Assembly: GCA_038245195.1 (NCBI GenBank)
Contig: JBBRSU010000001.1
Location: forward strand, 121-64,120
Direction: 5' to 3'
DNA from: Candidatus Saccharimonadales bacterium
Lineage (GTDB): Bacteria; Patescibacteriota; Saccharimonadia; Saccharimonadales; UBA10212
DNA length: 64,000 nucleotides
Shown in pieces: positions 44,724-54,433 of the stretch. Positions within the stretch are counted from its first letter, which is position 1, and each line of letters begins with the position of its first letter. The notes below the pieces were generated by a model. That model did no database searches. It was not told the DNA's origin and saw nothing but the letters and a program-made list of their open reading frames with translations. Position numbers and translations under genes: made by a program.

Positions 44724-45191
44724 ATGGAACCTAACCAAACTGAAACCAATCAAACTTTAATGCCAGCGCCAGAAGCGAGGTACCGACCACTTACAACCAC
44801 CAAAAACCAGCACGGGCTGGCTTGGGTGAGGTTAGTTTTGACAATCTTTGCAGCCATAGTGCTAATTGTCTTAATCGTTATGTTAGCCCGCTGGATTTAT
44901 CACAAAACTCACCACAAAACCGTCACAGTTCCAACTACTAGCCAAACTGCCCCCGTTAAATCAACCTCTACGCCGACCACCAGCGCCCCAACTTCTAACA
45001 CTAACAGCTCTGCCAGCCAGCCAACTAACACCTCCACTACTCCAACCACAAGTACTACTCCCGTCAATAGTACTCAAATTACCAACACTGGCCCGGGCAA
45101 TGTTGCAGGCCTTTTCGTTGGCGCTAGTTTAGCCGCCGCTGGTCTTCATTACATAATTAGCCTTCGTCGCTTAAATAAAACCGAATCTTAG
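44724..45191 (+). CDS. Thr/Ser/Pro-rich surface protein with a C-terminal ITNTG sorting signal
   Basis: 155 aa. N-terminal TM anchor, a TSTPTTSAPTSNTNSS stalk, then ITNTGPG, hydrophobic NVAGLFVGASLAAAGLHYIISL, then RRLNK. Confidence 0.6.
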   Translation: MEPNQTETNQTLMPAPEARYRPLTTTKNQHGLAWVRLVLTIFAAIVLIVLIVMLARWIYHKTHHKTVTVPTTSQTAPVKSTSTPTTSAPTSNTNSSASQPTNTSTTPTTSTTPVNSTQITNTGPGNVAGLFVGASLAAAGLHYIISLRRLNKTES

Positions 45192-45239
45192 AATCTAGCA
45201 TTAAATCATTTACAATAATGTAAGTGAGTAGGGAAGCCA

Positions 45240-46265
45240 ATGTTAGATGATTTAAAATACATCCACCAACGCGATGGGCAGGATGCTCTAGGCATTGCCG
45301 AAAGACAATCTAGACAGTTAGAACACGGTTTTGAAGTGCCAAAGATTGAGGGTGATTTTGCCAATATTGTGTTTGCCGGGATGGGCGGTTCGGCATTGCC
45401 TGCCCTAATTAGTGCCAGCTGGCCAGGCTATAAGATTCCATTCGAGATATGCCGGCAATACGACATCCCAGCCTACGTATCAGATAAAACTTTATTCATT
45501 GCTGCCAGTTACTCCGGAAACACCGAAGAAACCTTATCGGCGTTGGCCGAAGCCGAAGCCAAAAACGCCACGATTGCGGTGTTTGCCGCTGGGGGTAAAC
45601 TAGAGGAGATTGCCAGCCAAAAAGGCTACCCCTTCGTTAAAATCCCCAAAGCCGAACAGCCTCGTTACGCCGTGTTTTACATGTTATTGGCACTGCTAAC
45701 TATATTAAAAGCCGCCGGCTTGCAAGACGATGTTTCCGACCAGCTTAACCAAGGTGCCAAGTACTTAGCCGAAGCCGTCAAAGACTGGGTAGCTACAGTA
45801 CCAACCGCTAAAAACCCAGCCAAACAATTGGCCAACGAATTAGCTGGCAAATCTGGCGTAGTTTATGCCGGGCCACTACTAGCACCGGCGGCTTATAAAT
45901 GGAAAATTGGCTTTAACGAAAACGCCAAAAACGTGGCTTGGTGGGGCCAATACCCAGAATTTAACCACAACGAATTCATTGGTTGGAGTAGCCACCCGGT
46001 TCAAAAAGCTTACGCTGTAGTTGATTTACGTTCTAATCTAGAACACCCACGTGTTCAAAAAAGATTCGTGCTATCCGACCGCTTATTATCCGGCAAACGA
46101 CCGGCGGCCAATGTCGTCCAAGCCCAAGGTAAAAACTTACTCGAACAACTGTTGTGGACCATCGCATTTGGCGATTTTGTAACAATTTATCTGGCTTTAC
46201 TCAACGGAGTAAACCCAGCCCCAGTCGACCTTGTCGAAAAATTCAAAACCGAACTTGATAAGTAA
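45240..46265 (+). CDS. Bifunctional phosphoglucose/phosphomannose isomerase (SIS domain)
   Basis: 341 aa. FAGMGGSALPA, ...WKIGFNENAK..., EFNHNEFIGW motifs of the PGI/PMI family. Confidence 0.8.
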   Translation: MLDDLKYIHQRDGQDALGIAERQSRQLEHGFEVPKIEGDFANIVFAGMGGSALPALISASWPGYKIPFEICRQYDIPAYVSDKTLFIAASYSGNTEETLSALAEAEAKNATIAVFAAGGKLEEIASQKGYPFVKIPKAEQPRYAVFYMLLALLTILKAAGLQDDVSDQLNQGAKYLAEAVKDWVATVPTAKNPAKQLANELAGKSGVVYAGPLLAPAAYKWKIGFNENAKNVAWWGQYPEFNHNEFIGWSSHPVQKAYAVVDLRSNLEHPRVQKRFVLSDRLLSGKRPAANVVQAQGKNLLEQLLWTIAFGDFVTIYLALLNGVNPAPVDLVEKFKTELDK

Positions 46266-46276
46266 AAATACTTAAC

Positions 46277-47500
46277 TTATTCACCTCTTAAAGCCGCGAT
46301 CGGGTCTTTGCGAGCAGCTTTTAGGGCAGGGATGGTGCTGAAAATAATTCCAGTGGCAACAGATACCCCAACCGCCAGCAATATGACGGGTACTGAGATT
46401 ACCGGCTTCCAGCCACTATAGATTCTAAGCAACTGATTGATGAGTAGCGAAGCTATCACGCCAATTATGCCGGCGCCAATCGTCAGCACAAGGCCTTCGG
46501 TTAAAAACTGTTTCATAATTTGACGATTGGTGGCTCCGATAGCCTTCCTAATGCCGATTTCACGGGTCCGTTCGCTAACGCTCACCAACATGATGTTCAT
46601 TATGCCAATACCGCCAACCAGCAGGGAAATAGCGGCGATTGCCGAAACGAAGCTAGTAATTGTGTCGAGCACCTGGCTACTAACCCCAAGTAGCTGATCC
46701 TGCTTTAAGACTGTAAAATCACCATTACCACCATGATTTTTGGCTACCTCAGTGTTAATTGCACTGACTGCTTTATCAATATTGATATTTTTCTTTATGC
46801 TCACCAGGATCTGAAGAATATTAGTATGATTTTGGGTAAGTTGATCGGCGGCCGGAATTTGCATGAAAATCGCCGAGTTGTAATCGGACTGCGAAGTCGA
46901 TAAGAAACCGCCCTGAGTCGGTGCCATTACTCCGTGTACCGTAAAGTCTTGGCCCATCACAGTTACCGTTTCGCCGACCGGATTTAACTCGCCAAACAGC
47001 TTGGATGCGATGTTACTACCAATTATCACTGCCGTACTATTTCGCTCGTCATCAGAGAAAAAAGCCCCATAATTAATTTTTTGATGAACTGTATCGCTAA
47101 AGTTAGCGGTTGTTGCCGCTACAAAGATATCGTCGAACTGGCCCTTGGGGCCTGTGGCTGAATTAGTTACAAATTCGATGGGGGTTACACTGTTCGCTGC
47201 TGGCAATGCTTTGATAGAGTCGGTATCGCGGCTGGTTAGGGTACTGGGGGCTAAAAAGGCATACAGATTTAAACTGCTAGTATCGCCATTTTTAGTTAGT
47301 AGCTTGCCGGGTCTCACGGTAATCACATTACTGCCTAGCTGATTAATTTGGCCGACAATTTGATGTTTTAGACCATCGCCCAAGCTAACTACCGTAACCA
47401 CCGAAGTTATACCAATGATTATCCCCAGCATTGTGAAAATAGTCCGCCATTTGCTTTGGCGTAAACTCTGGGTAGCCGTTTTATAATCACCGCTCATCAT
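46277..47500 (-). CDS. ABC transporter permease, MacB/FtsX family
   Basis: 407 aa. N-terminal TM helix, a large periplasmic-type MacB_PCD domain, and C-terminal FtsX helices. Confidence 0.88.
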   Translation of the reverse strand: MMSGDYKTATQSLRQSKWRTIFTMLGIIIGITSVVTVVSLGDGLKHQIVGQINQLGSNVITVRPGKLLTKNGDTSSLNLYAFLAPSTLTSRDTDSIKALPAANSVTPIEFVTNSATGPKGQFDDIFVAATTANFSDTVHQKINYGAFFSDDERNSTAVIIGSNIASKLFGELNPVGETVTVMGQDFTVHGVMAPTQGGFLSTSQSDYNSAIFMQIPAADQLTQNHTNILQILVSIKKNINIDKAVSAINTEVAKNHGGNGDFTVLKQDQLLGVSSQVLDTITSFVSAIAAISLLVGGIGIMNIMLVSVSERTREIGIRKAIGATNRQIMKQFLTEGLVLTIGAGIIGVIASLLINQLLRIYSGWKPVISVPVILLAVGVSVATGIIFSTIPALKAARKDPIAALRGE

Positions 47501-48357
47501 TTGGACGGCCTTTTTTTGCGTTTTTTGCCTTTGGTTTTTTTGCGTTTGGTGGTGCCACTAATCTCTTGGCCAGGGATATCTTTGAGCATGGCCGAAACTC
47601 CAGCCTGAATGTCATCATCAGTAGTTTTTGGCTTTTTAAAGAAAACTCGGCGGGCTTGGTGAGCCATCTGGCCAATGGCTGTAGTTTCATCACCAACAAT
47701 TGTGCCGTCGTACATATAAATTACCCGGCTGGCGTAACGGGTTAGCTCAGGGTTGTGAGTGACCATTAAGATAGTGTTACCTTGGCGGTGTACCTCGGCT
47801 AATAACTCCATCACCACCCGGCTGTCGTGGCTGTCTAAGTTGCCGGTGGGCTCATCGGCAATGATAATATTTGGTCGATTTACCAAAGCCCTAGCAATCG
47901 ATGCTCGCTGGGCCTGCCCGCCCGACAACATATTGGGCATGTAATATTCACGGTCGCGCATACCAACCAATTCCAAAATATCACTGGCCCGTTTAGCTCG
48001 TCTAACAGGGGTCATGCCTTTGTAGGCTAGGGGCAAGGAAACATTATCCAAGACATTTAAATTGCCCAGTAAATTATACGATTGAAACACAAAACCAATT
48101 CGGTCACGACGAAATTTGGCTTGCCGGTTGGGCTTAAGACGAGACACCAACTCTCCACCAAGCAGGTAATCGCCGTGGGTTGGACTATCCAGCAACCCAA
48201 TGATGTTCATAAGTGTAGTTTTACCACTACCAGATGGGCCCATAACCGCCACAAATTCACCTTTCTCAACCAATAACGAAACCTCGTCGAGTGCCAAGGT
48301 GGTGGCATCGCCGAAGCCGTAGAGTTTAGATAGTTCTTGTAGCTCAATTAAAGCCAT
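47497..48357 (-). CDS. ABC transporter ATP-binding protein (MacB/LolD type) with a Lys-rich tail
   Basis: Walker A GPSGSGKTT, signature LSGGQAQR, Walker B IIIADEPT. C-terminal KRKKTKGKKRKKRPSK. ATGA overlap with the permease gene. Confidence 0.93.
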   Translation of the reverse strand: MALIELQELSKLYGFGDATTLALDEVSLLVEKGEFVAVMGPSGSGKTTLMNIIGLLDSPTHGDYLLGGELVSRLKPNRQAKFRRDRIGFVFQSYNLLGNLNVLDNVSLPLAYKGMTPVRRAKRASDILELVGMRDREYYMPNMLSGGQAQRASIARALVNRPNIIIADEPTGNLDSHDSRVVMELLAEVHRQGNTILMVTHNPELTRYASRVIYMYDGTIVGDETTAIGQMAHQARRVFFKKPKTTDDDIQAGVSAMLKDIPGQEISGTTKRKKTKGKKRKKRPSK

Positions 48358-48510
48358 GTTTTGCTAACAATGCTCCGTTGTTAATTAGTTTTGGTATAAA
48401 AAAGAGGCCCGCACCCCTCATGGCCCCACACACCAAGTCTCTATGTATTTAGTCTACGCTCTGGCTATATCTGTCGACAAATATAAAAGGTTGCGAAATC
48501 GGCTACAAAC

Positions 48511-48601
48511 TGGCGGAGAGGGAGGGATTCGAACCCTCGATAGAGTTGCCCCTATACCACCTTTCCAAGATGGCGCACTAGACCAACTATGCGACCTCTC
48601 C
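48511..48601 (-). tRNA. tRNA-Ser (anticodon GGA)
   Basis: Reverse complement reads GGAGAGGTCGCATAGTTGG...CCATC-TTGGAAA-GGTGG..., with a long variable arm, GAGGG-TTCGAAT-CCCTC and CCTCTCC-G-CCA. Confidence 0.9.
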
Positions 48602-48797
48602 TCGCAGAAGTATTTTAACAGATAGATAACTCTTTTAATTCAGCTTCCCTGCTGATGGTAAAATAGTAGTAGCGGCAAGTAAAACATAAACTACTAAAAT
48701 TTTCTTACCGCATTAAGTGACTTTTCTTAGCTAATTTTCAGCTTCGTCTGCCAAACTAGCTAGGCAACACCAAAAAAGTTAAACAAGGAGTACCAAC

Positions 48798-49244
48798 ATG
48801 ACTGACAGCTTGAGTGATAAAGAATTGATAAAAGAGATTGTAACTAGCGTTTCCCAACTACAGGATATGAAGCAGTGGGAGCGCCTGGAAGATTACTTTG
48901 TTAAGAAACCCTACGTTGATAACAAATCGATTAGTGGTGAAATGCCGGCTATGATCCCTAAGAAACGGCTAATTGATGGTTGGCGCCGAGAAATCGGCAG
49001 TTATTTCTACGCCACTAGGCATTTTATCCGCCGGCTGGCGGTTAGAATGGTTAGTAGCCGTCGAGCCAAGGTTAGCACCTCAGTTGAGCATGTTCATTAT
49101 GTGGCTGATAGAGGCGACCGTTACGTATGGACTGTCCGTGGCACCATCGATTACATCCTTGTTAAAACTAGCACCGGTACCTGGAAAATCAGCCAAATGA
49201 TATTTAAAATGACTGACCAAGCCGTTCGCCCCCTCGGTGCCTAA
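48798..49244 (+). CDS. NTF2-like (SnoaL-type) small protein
   Basis: 148 aa with an AAGGAG SD. Size and pattern (...WERLEDYF...GTWKISQM...) suggest an NTF2-like fold. Low specificity. Confidence 0.5.
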   Translation: MTDSLSDKELIKEIVTSVSQLQDMKQWERLEDYFVKKPYVDNKSISGEMPAMIPKKRLIDGWRREIGSYFYATRHFIRRLAVRMVSSRRAKVSTSVEHVHYVADRGDRYVWTVRGTIDYILVKTSTGTWKISQMIFKMTDQAVRPLGA

Positions 49245-49287
49245 TCAAAAGCATACCCTAAATTAGAAATTCGCTTACTGCTTAAGT

Positions 49288-49293
49288 TAGAAT
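49288..49293 (+). promoter_or_regulatory. -10 box TAGAAT 6 nt upstream of the ATG at 49300 (leaderless pattern)
   Basis: aagtTAGAATagagctATG. Confidence 0.45.
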
Positions 49294-49299
49294 AGAGCT

Positions 49300-49986
49300 A
49301 TGAGTGGGACTTCTTTGAACGTTTTAATAATCTATGCACATCATGAGCCGGGTAGTTTTACGGCGGCTATGAAGAATATAGCTATTCAATCATTGGAAGC
49401 TCAGGGTCACAATGTAACCGTTACCGACCTGTACGGCCAAGGATTCAGTGCCGTGGCCCAAAAATGGGATTTTGTGACCACAAGTGGCGGCCATTTTAAC
49501 TACATGCTCGAGCAAAAACACTCGGCGATTTTGCAAAACTCTTTCTCACCGGATATCGTCGGTGAAATTCAAAAGCTTCAAGCCGCCCATGTGGTGTTAT
49601 TTATCAGCCCAATTTGGTGGTTTAGTGTGCCGGCCATCCTTAAGGGCTGGTTCGACCGGGTGTTGGCCATGGGCGTGGCCTGGGATACCGCCAAGATTTA
49701 TGAAAATGGTTTAATGCGTGGCAAACAAGCCATGCTAGTTATGGCTGGTGGACACCCCAGTGAATACTATGAGTTAAAGGGCCGGCACGGTGTTAGCCCT
49801 AAGCAAATGTTGAACCACATCAACCACGGTACCCTAGCCTTTTGTGGTTTTAATGTTCAGGAGCCGTTTGTAGCCCTAAACGTCATGGGTTCTAGTGTTG
49901 ATGGCCGCGAAAAAGCCTTACAGGAGTTTGAGACTCGTATAAAAAGCTTGGTTGATAGTCCCTTGTGGCTAAGTTATTACGGCTGA
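49300..49986 (+). CDS. Flavodoxin-like NAD(P)H:quinone oxidoreductase (Flavodoxin_2/NQO-type)
   Basis: 228 aa. VLIIYAHHEPGSFTAAM...SPIWWFSVPAILKGWFDRV. Confidence 0.8.
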   Translation: MSGTSLNVLIIYAHHEPGSFTAAMKNIAIQSLEAQGHNVTVTDLYGQGFSAVAQKWDFVTTSGGHFNYMLEQKHSAILQNSFSPDIVGEIQKLQAAHVVLFISPIWWFSVPAILKGWFDRVLAMGVAWDTAKIYENGLMRGKQAMLVMAGGHPSEYYELKGRHGVSPKQMLNHINHGTLAFCGFNVQEPFVALNVMGSSVDGREKALQEFETRIKSLVDSPLWLSYYG

Positions 49987-50558
49987 ATTTTAGATTGAGC
50001 AAAAATTGTATAAAGCCTGACTAGGTTATCAAACATTTTCTTTAGATTTTCATTAGCGCCATTCTGGGCCGGTTGGCCTTGTTCGTTAAAGGCACCCCTG
50101 GCTATTCCCGGAAAATAGATGGCATTGGCCACTTGGATAAGTCCAAGTTCGTTAGTCACTTGGCGCAACTGCTCAACCGAGCCAGCACCGCCAGTAATGT
50201 TGCCATAGCTCACAAAAGCCACTGGCTTGTCGCCCCATTCTCGGCCCACCCAATCCAAGGCATTTTTTAAAATACCGGGGTAGCCGTGATTATACTCTGG
50301 CGTAACAATCAAAAAAGCTTCGGCTCGCCCAACCCGCTGAGCCCAAGCTTCGCCTTCGGAATGTGTATAAGCTACTCCGGTATCACGGATAGTGAACGGG
50401 CTCATTGGCTCATCAAACCACGGCAGGTTTAATTCCCTTAAATCAACGTAATCAAGCTCAATTCGGCCATCGGCTTCGGCGGCAGCCTTGACCCATTTAG
50501 CCACCACTTCACCACGCCGGCCTTGGCGGGTACTCCCCAAAATAATCATAAGTCTCAT
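49977..50558 (-). CDS. NADPH-dependent FMN reductase family protein
   Basis: MRLMIILGSTRQGRRG...LIVTPEYNHGYPGILKNALDW. Start trimmed to ATG 50558. Confidence 0.8.
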   Translation of the reverse strand: MRLMIILGSTRQGRRGEVVAKWVKAAAEADGRIELDYVDLRELNLPWFDEPMSPFTIRDTGVAYTHSEGEAWAQRVGRAEAFLIVTPEYNHGYPGILKNALDWVGREWGDKPVAFVSYGNITGGAGSVEQLRQVTNELGLIQVANAIYFPGIARGAFNEQGQPAQNGANENLKKMFDNLVRLYTIFAQSKIQP

Positions 50559-50612
50559 TGTCTTAACTTTACACCAGGCTACACGCTCAGTCACTACTCA
50601 TACAAATACGAT

Positions 50613-50780
50613 CGCGACCCACGCACTGGGGTACAGTGTGCGATTTATTGGCGAGGAGTGAAAGAGCCGTATTTAAATACGGTGAGTGAGCACCGGAGGC
50701 AAAAATCGTGCTCTGTGCCAAGAACAGCCTTAGAAGATGGGCTTCTGCTCAACTTATAAGGCTGCGATGCGTGAGTCGCG
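50613..50780 (+). ncRNA. Candidate structured RNA of unknown class (strand uncertain)
   Basis: Outer helix CGCGAC(50613-18)/GTCGCG(50775-80) plus ACGCA/TGCGT. Internal hairpins at 50622-50640, 50667-50682 (CCGTATTTAAATACGG), 50688-50713 (GAGCAC/GTGCTC) and 50725-50764 (CAGCCTTA/TAAGGCTG). No convincing ORF. Confidence 0.3.
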
Positions 50781-50785
50781 GAAAC

Positions 50786-50794
50786 TGTTATTAT
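50786..50794 (+). promoter_or_regulatory. Extended -10 (TGtTATTAT) 6 nt upstream of the argS ATG (leaderless pattern)
   Basis: aacTGtTATTATtgaatcATG. Confidence 0.5.
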
Positions 50795-50800
50795 TGAATC

Positions 50801-52459
50801 ATGCAATCGCAGGAGTTAATTCGGGCCATTCAGGTAGCAGCCCACAAGCTATATAATGCCAAGATTGAGCCAGAACTCAGCCGGCCGGATGAACAATTCG
50901 GCGATTATGCCACCAATGTAGCGTTGCAGTTAGCCAAAGCCACTGCCAAATCCCCCCAAGAAATCGCCCGAGCTTTGGTTAATGAGCTTAAAGACAGCCC
51001 AGGCATCGCTACCGTATCTATTGCAGGACCAGGCTTTATAAATTTCAAACTAACTGATAGTGCACTAGCCAAAACGGCACTAGTTGCAATCGATTTGCCA
51101 AAACCGCTGGCTGGCCAGGAAATTTTGGTTGAATTTGGCGACCCCAACCCCTTTAAAGAGATGCACATCGGCCATCTTTACAGCTACATTGTTGGCGACG
51201 CCATTAGCTCGCTCCTGGAAACTGCTGGTGCCCAAGTTCGTCGTTTAAGCTACCACGGCGATGTTGGTTTGCATGTGGCTAAAGCCATTTATGGGCTCCA
51301 AAATATGACCGACAGGACCGATTTGAAGGATGCTTCAGATGTCAGCGACAATGAGAATTATCTAGCCACGGCTTACGCCAGTGGTGCCAAAGCCTACGAA
51401 GATGATGAATTAGCCAGAAACGAAATCAACTCTATAAATACCCATATCTATGGTGGTAGTGACCCGGAAATTAACAAATTACATAAAAATGGCAGCCAAT
51501 TAAGTTTTGAGTATTTTGACAAAATACTTGAGCTGTTAAGTATTTCTACGGATAAGCGATACCTAGAAAGCCAAACAATTGAAGCCGGCAAGAAGCTGGT
51601 AGAAAAAAATGTCGGCCAGGTTTTTAGCCAAAGCCAGGGTGCCACAGTTTATGACGGCGAAAAAGTTGGGTTACATACCCGAGTTTTTATTACTTCTAAA
51701 AATTTGCCAACCTATGAGACCAAGGACCTGGGACTGTCTCAGCTGAAGAACAAAGACTACCCTGGGGCTACTCGCTCAATCATTATCACTGCCAACGAAC
51801 AGACTGAGTATTTTAAAGTTATGTTGGCCGCTCTAAAAGATATCGACCCAATACTGGCCGCTAAAACCACCCACTTGGCACACGGTTTCGTGAACCTTTC
51901 TAGCGGTAAAATGAGCAGCCGGACCGGTAATGTTTATCCAGCCATGAAGTTATTGCGATTGGTAAAAGACGCTGTGCACCAGCAATACCCCGAGTCTAAA
52001 GTCAGAAAAGAAGTGACTTTTGCAGCCGTTAAATACGCTTTTCTGAAACACCGTTTGGGTTCAGACATCACCTTGGACGTAGAAGAATCAATTAGCCTAG
52101 AAGGCAACAGTGGACCATACATCCAATATTCCCATGCCCGAGCCTGTAGCATATTGGCAAAATCCAAAATCCAAACTTCAAACATCGAAATTAAGGAATT
52201 TGATGATAGCGAGCGAAGTTTGGCCCGTAAGATTAGTCAGTACCCCGAGATAGTTGATAAAACCGTTGCCGAGTTAATGCCACACCATATCTGCACCTAC
52301 CTTTATGAGCTGGCTCAAACTTTTAACAGCTTTTATGAATCCAGCCGAATAATTGGCGATGAGCGCCAGCCCATCCGCCTAAAACTTGTAGGTGCCTACC
52401 AGCAAATCCTGGCCAATGGACTAGCAATATTAAATATTAAAGCTCCTGAAAGGATGTAA
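50801..52459 (+). CDS. argS: Arginyl-tRNA synthetase
   Basis: 552 aa. HIGH-type motif EMHIGHLYS. ArgRS N-terminal and DALR anticodon-binding features. Ends ...APERM. Confidence 0.96.
   Translation: MQSQELIRAIQVAAHKLYNAKIEPELSRPDEQFGDYATNVALQLAKATAKSPQEIARALVNELKDSPGIATVSIAGPGFINFKLTDSALAKTALVAIDLPKPLAGQEILVEFGDPNPFKEMHIGHLYSYIVGDAISSLLETAGAQVRRLSYHGDVGLHVAKAIYGLQNMTDRTDLKDASDVSDNENYLATAYASGAKAYEDDELARNEINSINTHIYGGSDPEINKLHKNGSQLSFEYFDKILELLSISTDKRYLESQTIEAGKKLVEKNVGQVFSQSQGATVYDGEKVGLHTRVFITSKNLPTYETKDLGLSQLKNKDYPGATRSIIITANEQTEYFKVMLAALKDIDPILAAKTTHLAHGFVNLSSGKMSSRTGNVYPAMKLLRLVKDAVHQQYPESKVRKEVTFAAVKYAFLKHRLGSDITLDVEESISLEGNSGPYIQYSHARACSILAKSKIQTSNIEIKEFDDSERSLARKISQYPEIVDKTVAELMPHHICTYLYELAQTFNSFYESSRIIGDERQPIRLKLVGAYQQILANGLAILNIKAPERM
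51523..51544 (+). repeat. Copy C of the conserved near-palindrome, inside argS in the sense orientation
   Basis: AATACTTGAGCTGTTAAGTATT, encoding I-L-E-L-L-S-I. Confidence 0.6.
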
Positions 52460-52460
52460 C

Positions 52461-52862
52461 ATGGTTAAGCAATTTACGGACGAAGAATTAAAGAAAAAAC
52501 TAACACCCGAGCAATATCATATCCTGCGAGAAAAGGGTACCGAGGCCCCATTTAGCGGTAAGTTTCTAGACAATAAGAGTGATGGCATGTATACCTGTGC
52601 CGCGTGCGGCCAACAACTATTTTCTAGTAATACCAAGTTTGAAAGTGGTAGTGGTTGGCCCAGTTTTTACGATGTGGCAAAGTCTGATGCGGTTAATTTA
52701 ATCGATGATGACTCATTAGGCATGCACCGGGTTGAAGTGGAGTGCACTAACTGCGGTAGCCACTTGGGCCATCTATTTAATGACGCCTTTGACCAACCCA
52801 CCGGCCAGCGGTTTTGTATAAATTCGGCGGCTTTAGGCTTCAATCCCAAAACCAAGAAATGA
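52461..52862 (+). CDS. msrB: Peptide-methionine (R)-S-oxide reductase
   Basis: 133 aa. CxxC pairs CAACGQ and [12 protein letters not shown], and FCINS. Confidence 0.95.
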   Translation: MVKQFTDEELKKKLTPEQYHILREKGTEAPFSGKFLDNKSDGMYTCAACGQQLFSSNTKFESGSGWPSFYDVAKSDAVNLIDDDSLGMHRVEVECTNCGSHLGHLFNDAFDQPTGQRFCINSAALGFNPKTKK

Positions 52863-53179
52863 CTCATAAAGAAGTTGGGGAATACCTACTAAGCATGCCG
52901 AGTGTCAGGCTGGATTACCCGTTCGGCGAGGATGTGGCAGTTTATAAAGTTAAAGATAAGATGTTTGCTTTGGTGCGAGAAAAAAACCTACCAATCCAAC
53001 TGAGTTTGAAATGCGACCCACTGTTAGCCGAAACTCTGCGGGCCAAGTACGACACCGTGATGGCTGGTTACCATTTGAACAAAAAACACTGGAACACAAT
53101 TTTACTTACCGGTCAGTTAAGCTGGGAGGAGATCCAAGATTTAATCCGCCTCAGCTATGACTTAGTAGCTAAGATTTAA
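52859..53179 (+). CDS. MmcQ/YjbR-family protein
   Basis: Start ATG 52859 (ATGA overlap with the msrB stop). ...[20 protein letters not shown]...[15 protein letters not shown]. Confidence 0.75.
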   Translation: MTHKEVGEYLLSMPSVRLDYPFGEDVAVYKVKDKMFALVREKNLPIQLSLKCDPLLAETLRAKYDTVMAGYHLNKKHWNTILLTGQLSWEEIQDLIRLSYDLVAKI

Positions 53180-53771
53180 GTGGTGGATTAGCCAGTAAGG
53201 TGCCGGCTCCATCGTAAGCGTTTTTGAGAATGGTTTTACCTTTGGGACCGGCCAACTTAAAAGCAATCTGTAAATCGGCCTGATATTTAGTCAAGCTCTG
53301 CTGTAGATAGGTTTTGTAGGCTTGGTCCAAGTTGTTGTTTTGCGAGGCTGATAGCATCTGGGCATCAGTGGTTTTATCTAAGTCAGCTGCCAGCAATGCC
53401 GCACTTAGTTTGGTATGGTTATTAGCAAGATAGACCTTAAGCTGTTGTTGGTCGCTAGTTAATGAACTCAGGGTGGTTGCAGCTACGGCTTGAGTAGTGG
53501 GGTCTTGCAAGTTAAGTAGTTGGACGGCATGGGTTACCCGCAAAGTCTCTTGTCCCCGAGCCATAGCATTAATAATTGGCTGGGTGGCCCCTTTGTTACG
53601 TCCTGAGAGTGTTGAGCTAATGATTATAAGTATAAAAACCGCCAAAACTACGCCTAAAATAATTTTTACCGGCTTGGACATACCAGGCAAAGCCAACCGC
53701 CGTTTTGGCTTCTGGTTATCCTTGAGCATAAAATCAAACTTGGGGTCCGGGCTTTGCGGTTGCATAAGCAT
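53169..53771 (-). CDS. Hypothetical membrane-anchored protein
   Basis: 200 aa with one TM helix (VKIILGVVLAVFILIIISS) and a helical ectodomain. A TGcTATCAT box abuts the first ATG, so the true start may be ATG 53765. Confidence 0.55.
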   Translation of the reverse strand: MLMQPQSPDPKFDFMLKDNQKPKRRLALPGMSKPVKIILGVVLAVFILIIISSTLSGRNKGATQPIINAMARGQETLRVTHAVQLLNLQDPTTQAVAATTLSSLTSDQQQLKVYLANNHTKLSAALLAADLDKTTDAQMLSASQNNNLDQAYKTYLQQSLTKYQADLQIAFKLAGPKGKTILKNAYDGAGTLLANPPLKS

Positions 53772-53807
53772 TATGATAGCAGGGGAGGGGCTTTAGGGTA
53801 CAGAGCA

Positions 53808-53835
53808 CAGAATACTTGACTAGTTAAGTATTCTG
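53808..53835. promoter_or_regulatory. Copy B of the conserved near-palindrome, in a divergent promoter region (candidate operator)
   Basis: cagAATACTTGACTAGTTAAGTATTctg. It overlaps a TTGACT -35-like hexamer 19 nt upstream of TATAAT (53841-53846), and that -10 box lies 8 nt from the ATG at 53855. Confidence 0.5.
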
Positions 53836-53854
53836 TAAGCTATAATATTATGAT

Positions 53855-54415
53855 ATGGAGCTGACTGTAGTTAGGCATGGAGAGACTTTCGAAAATGCCA
53901 GCGACACAATAATGGGCCACCATGATGGGACATTAAACGAAAAGGGGCTTGAGCAAGCTGATAAAACCGCCGAAAAACTAAAAGACAAAAACTTTGATCA
54001 AGCGTGGTCTTCTGATTTGAAGCGTTGTGTCGATACCGCTAAACTTATTCTGCGATTTCATCCTTCCCTGAAGCTGGAAACTAATCGAGCCCTAAGAGAA
54101 GTTAATTATGGAAAATTCCAAGGCCGGCCGGGGACAGAAATAAGGGCATTTTTTGATAAAGAAGGCGGCTACACTAGAACCTCTCAAGTCCCAGGCGGAG
54201 AGACCCAACTTGATATGTCAACCCGCGTCCTTCACTTTGTAAACGATCTTTTTGATCAATACTCTAGCCAAAGAATCCTAGTCGTATCTCATAACGGGCC
54301 TATTGAAGCAATTAGAGCTGCTGTCGAGAGAACTCCATTTTTAGGCGATGCCAAAAATGCTAGCATTTTACAACTCCGGGTCACAAAGCCGCTTGAGCTT
54401 TACCCTATACTCTAA
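53855..54415 (+). CDS. Histidine phosphatase family protein (phosphoglycerate mutase-like)
   Basis: 186 aa with the catalytic RHGET motif (LTVVRHGETFEN) and a downstream SHNGPI. Confidence 0.85.
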   Translation: MELTVVRHGETFENASDTIMGHHDGTLNEKGLEQADKTAEKLKDKNFDQAWSSDLKRCVDTAKLILRFHPSLKLETNRALREVNYGKFQGRPGTEIRAFFDKEGGYTRTSQVPGGETQLDMSTRVLHFVNDLFDQYSSQRILVVSHNGPIEAIRAAVERTPFLGDAKNASILQLRVTKPLELYPIL

Positions 54416-54433
54416 ACCCTATACCCTATAAAT

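Noticed and set aside
48443-48625. 60-aa ORF overlapping tRNA-Ser(GGA)
   Set aside because: The region folds into a complete class II tRNA on the minus strand, so the ORF is a by-product.
50559-50800. A T-box, FMN (RFN) riboswitch, SRP RNA, RNase P, tmRNA or 6S RNA identity for the structured element upstream of argS
   Set aside because: I could not find the conserved cores (T-box AGGGUGGNACCGCG, the RFN GGGCAGGGUGAAAUUCCC-type segment, RNase P GAGGAAAGUCC, and so on). The element is left as unknown class.
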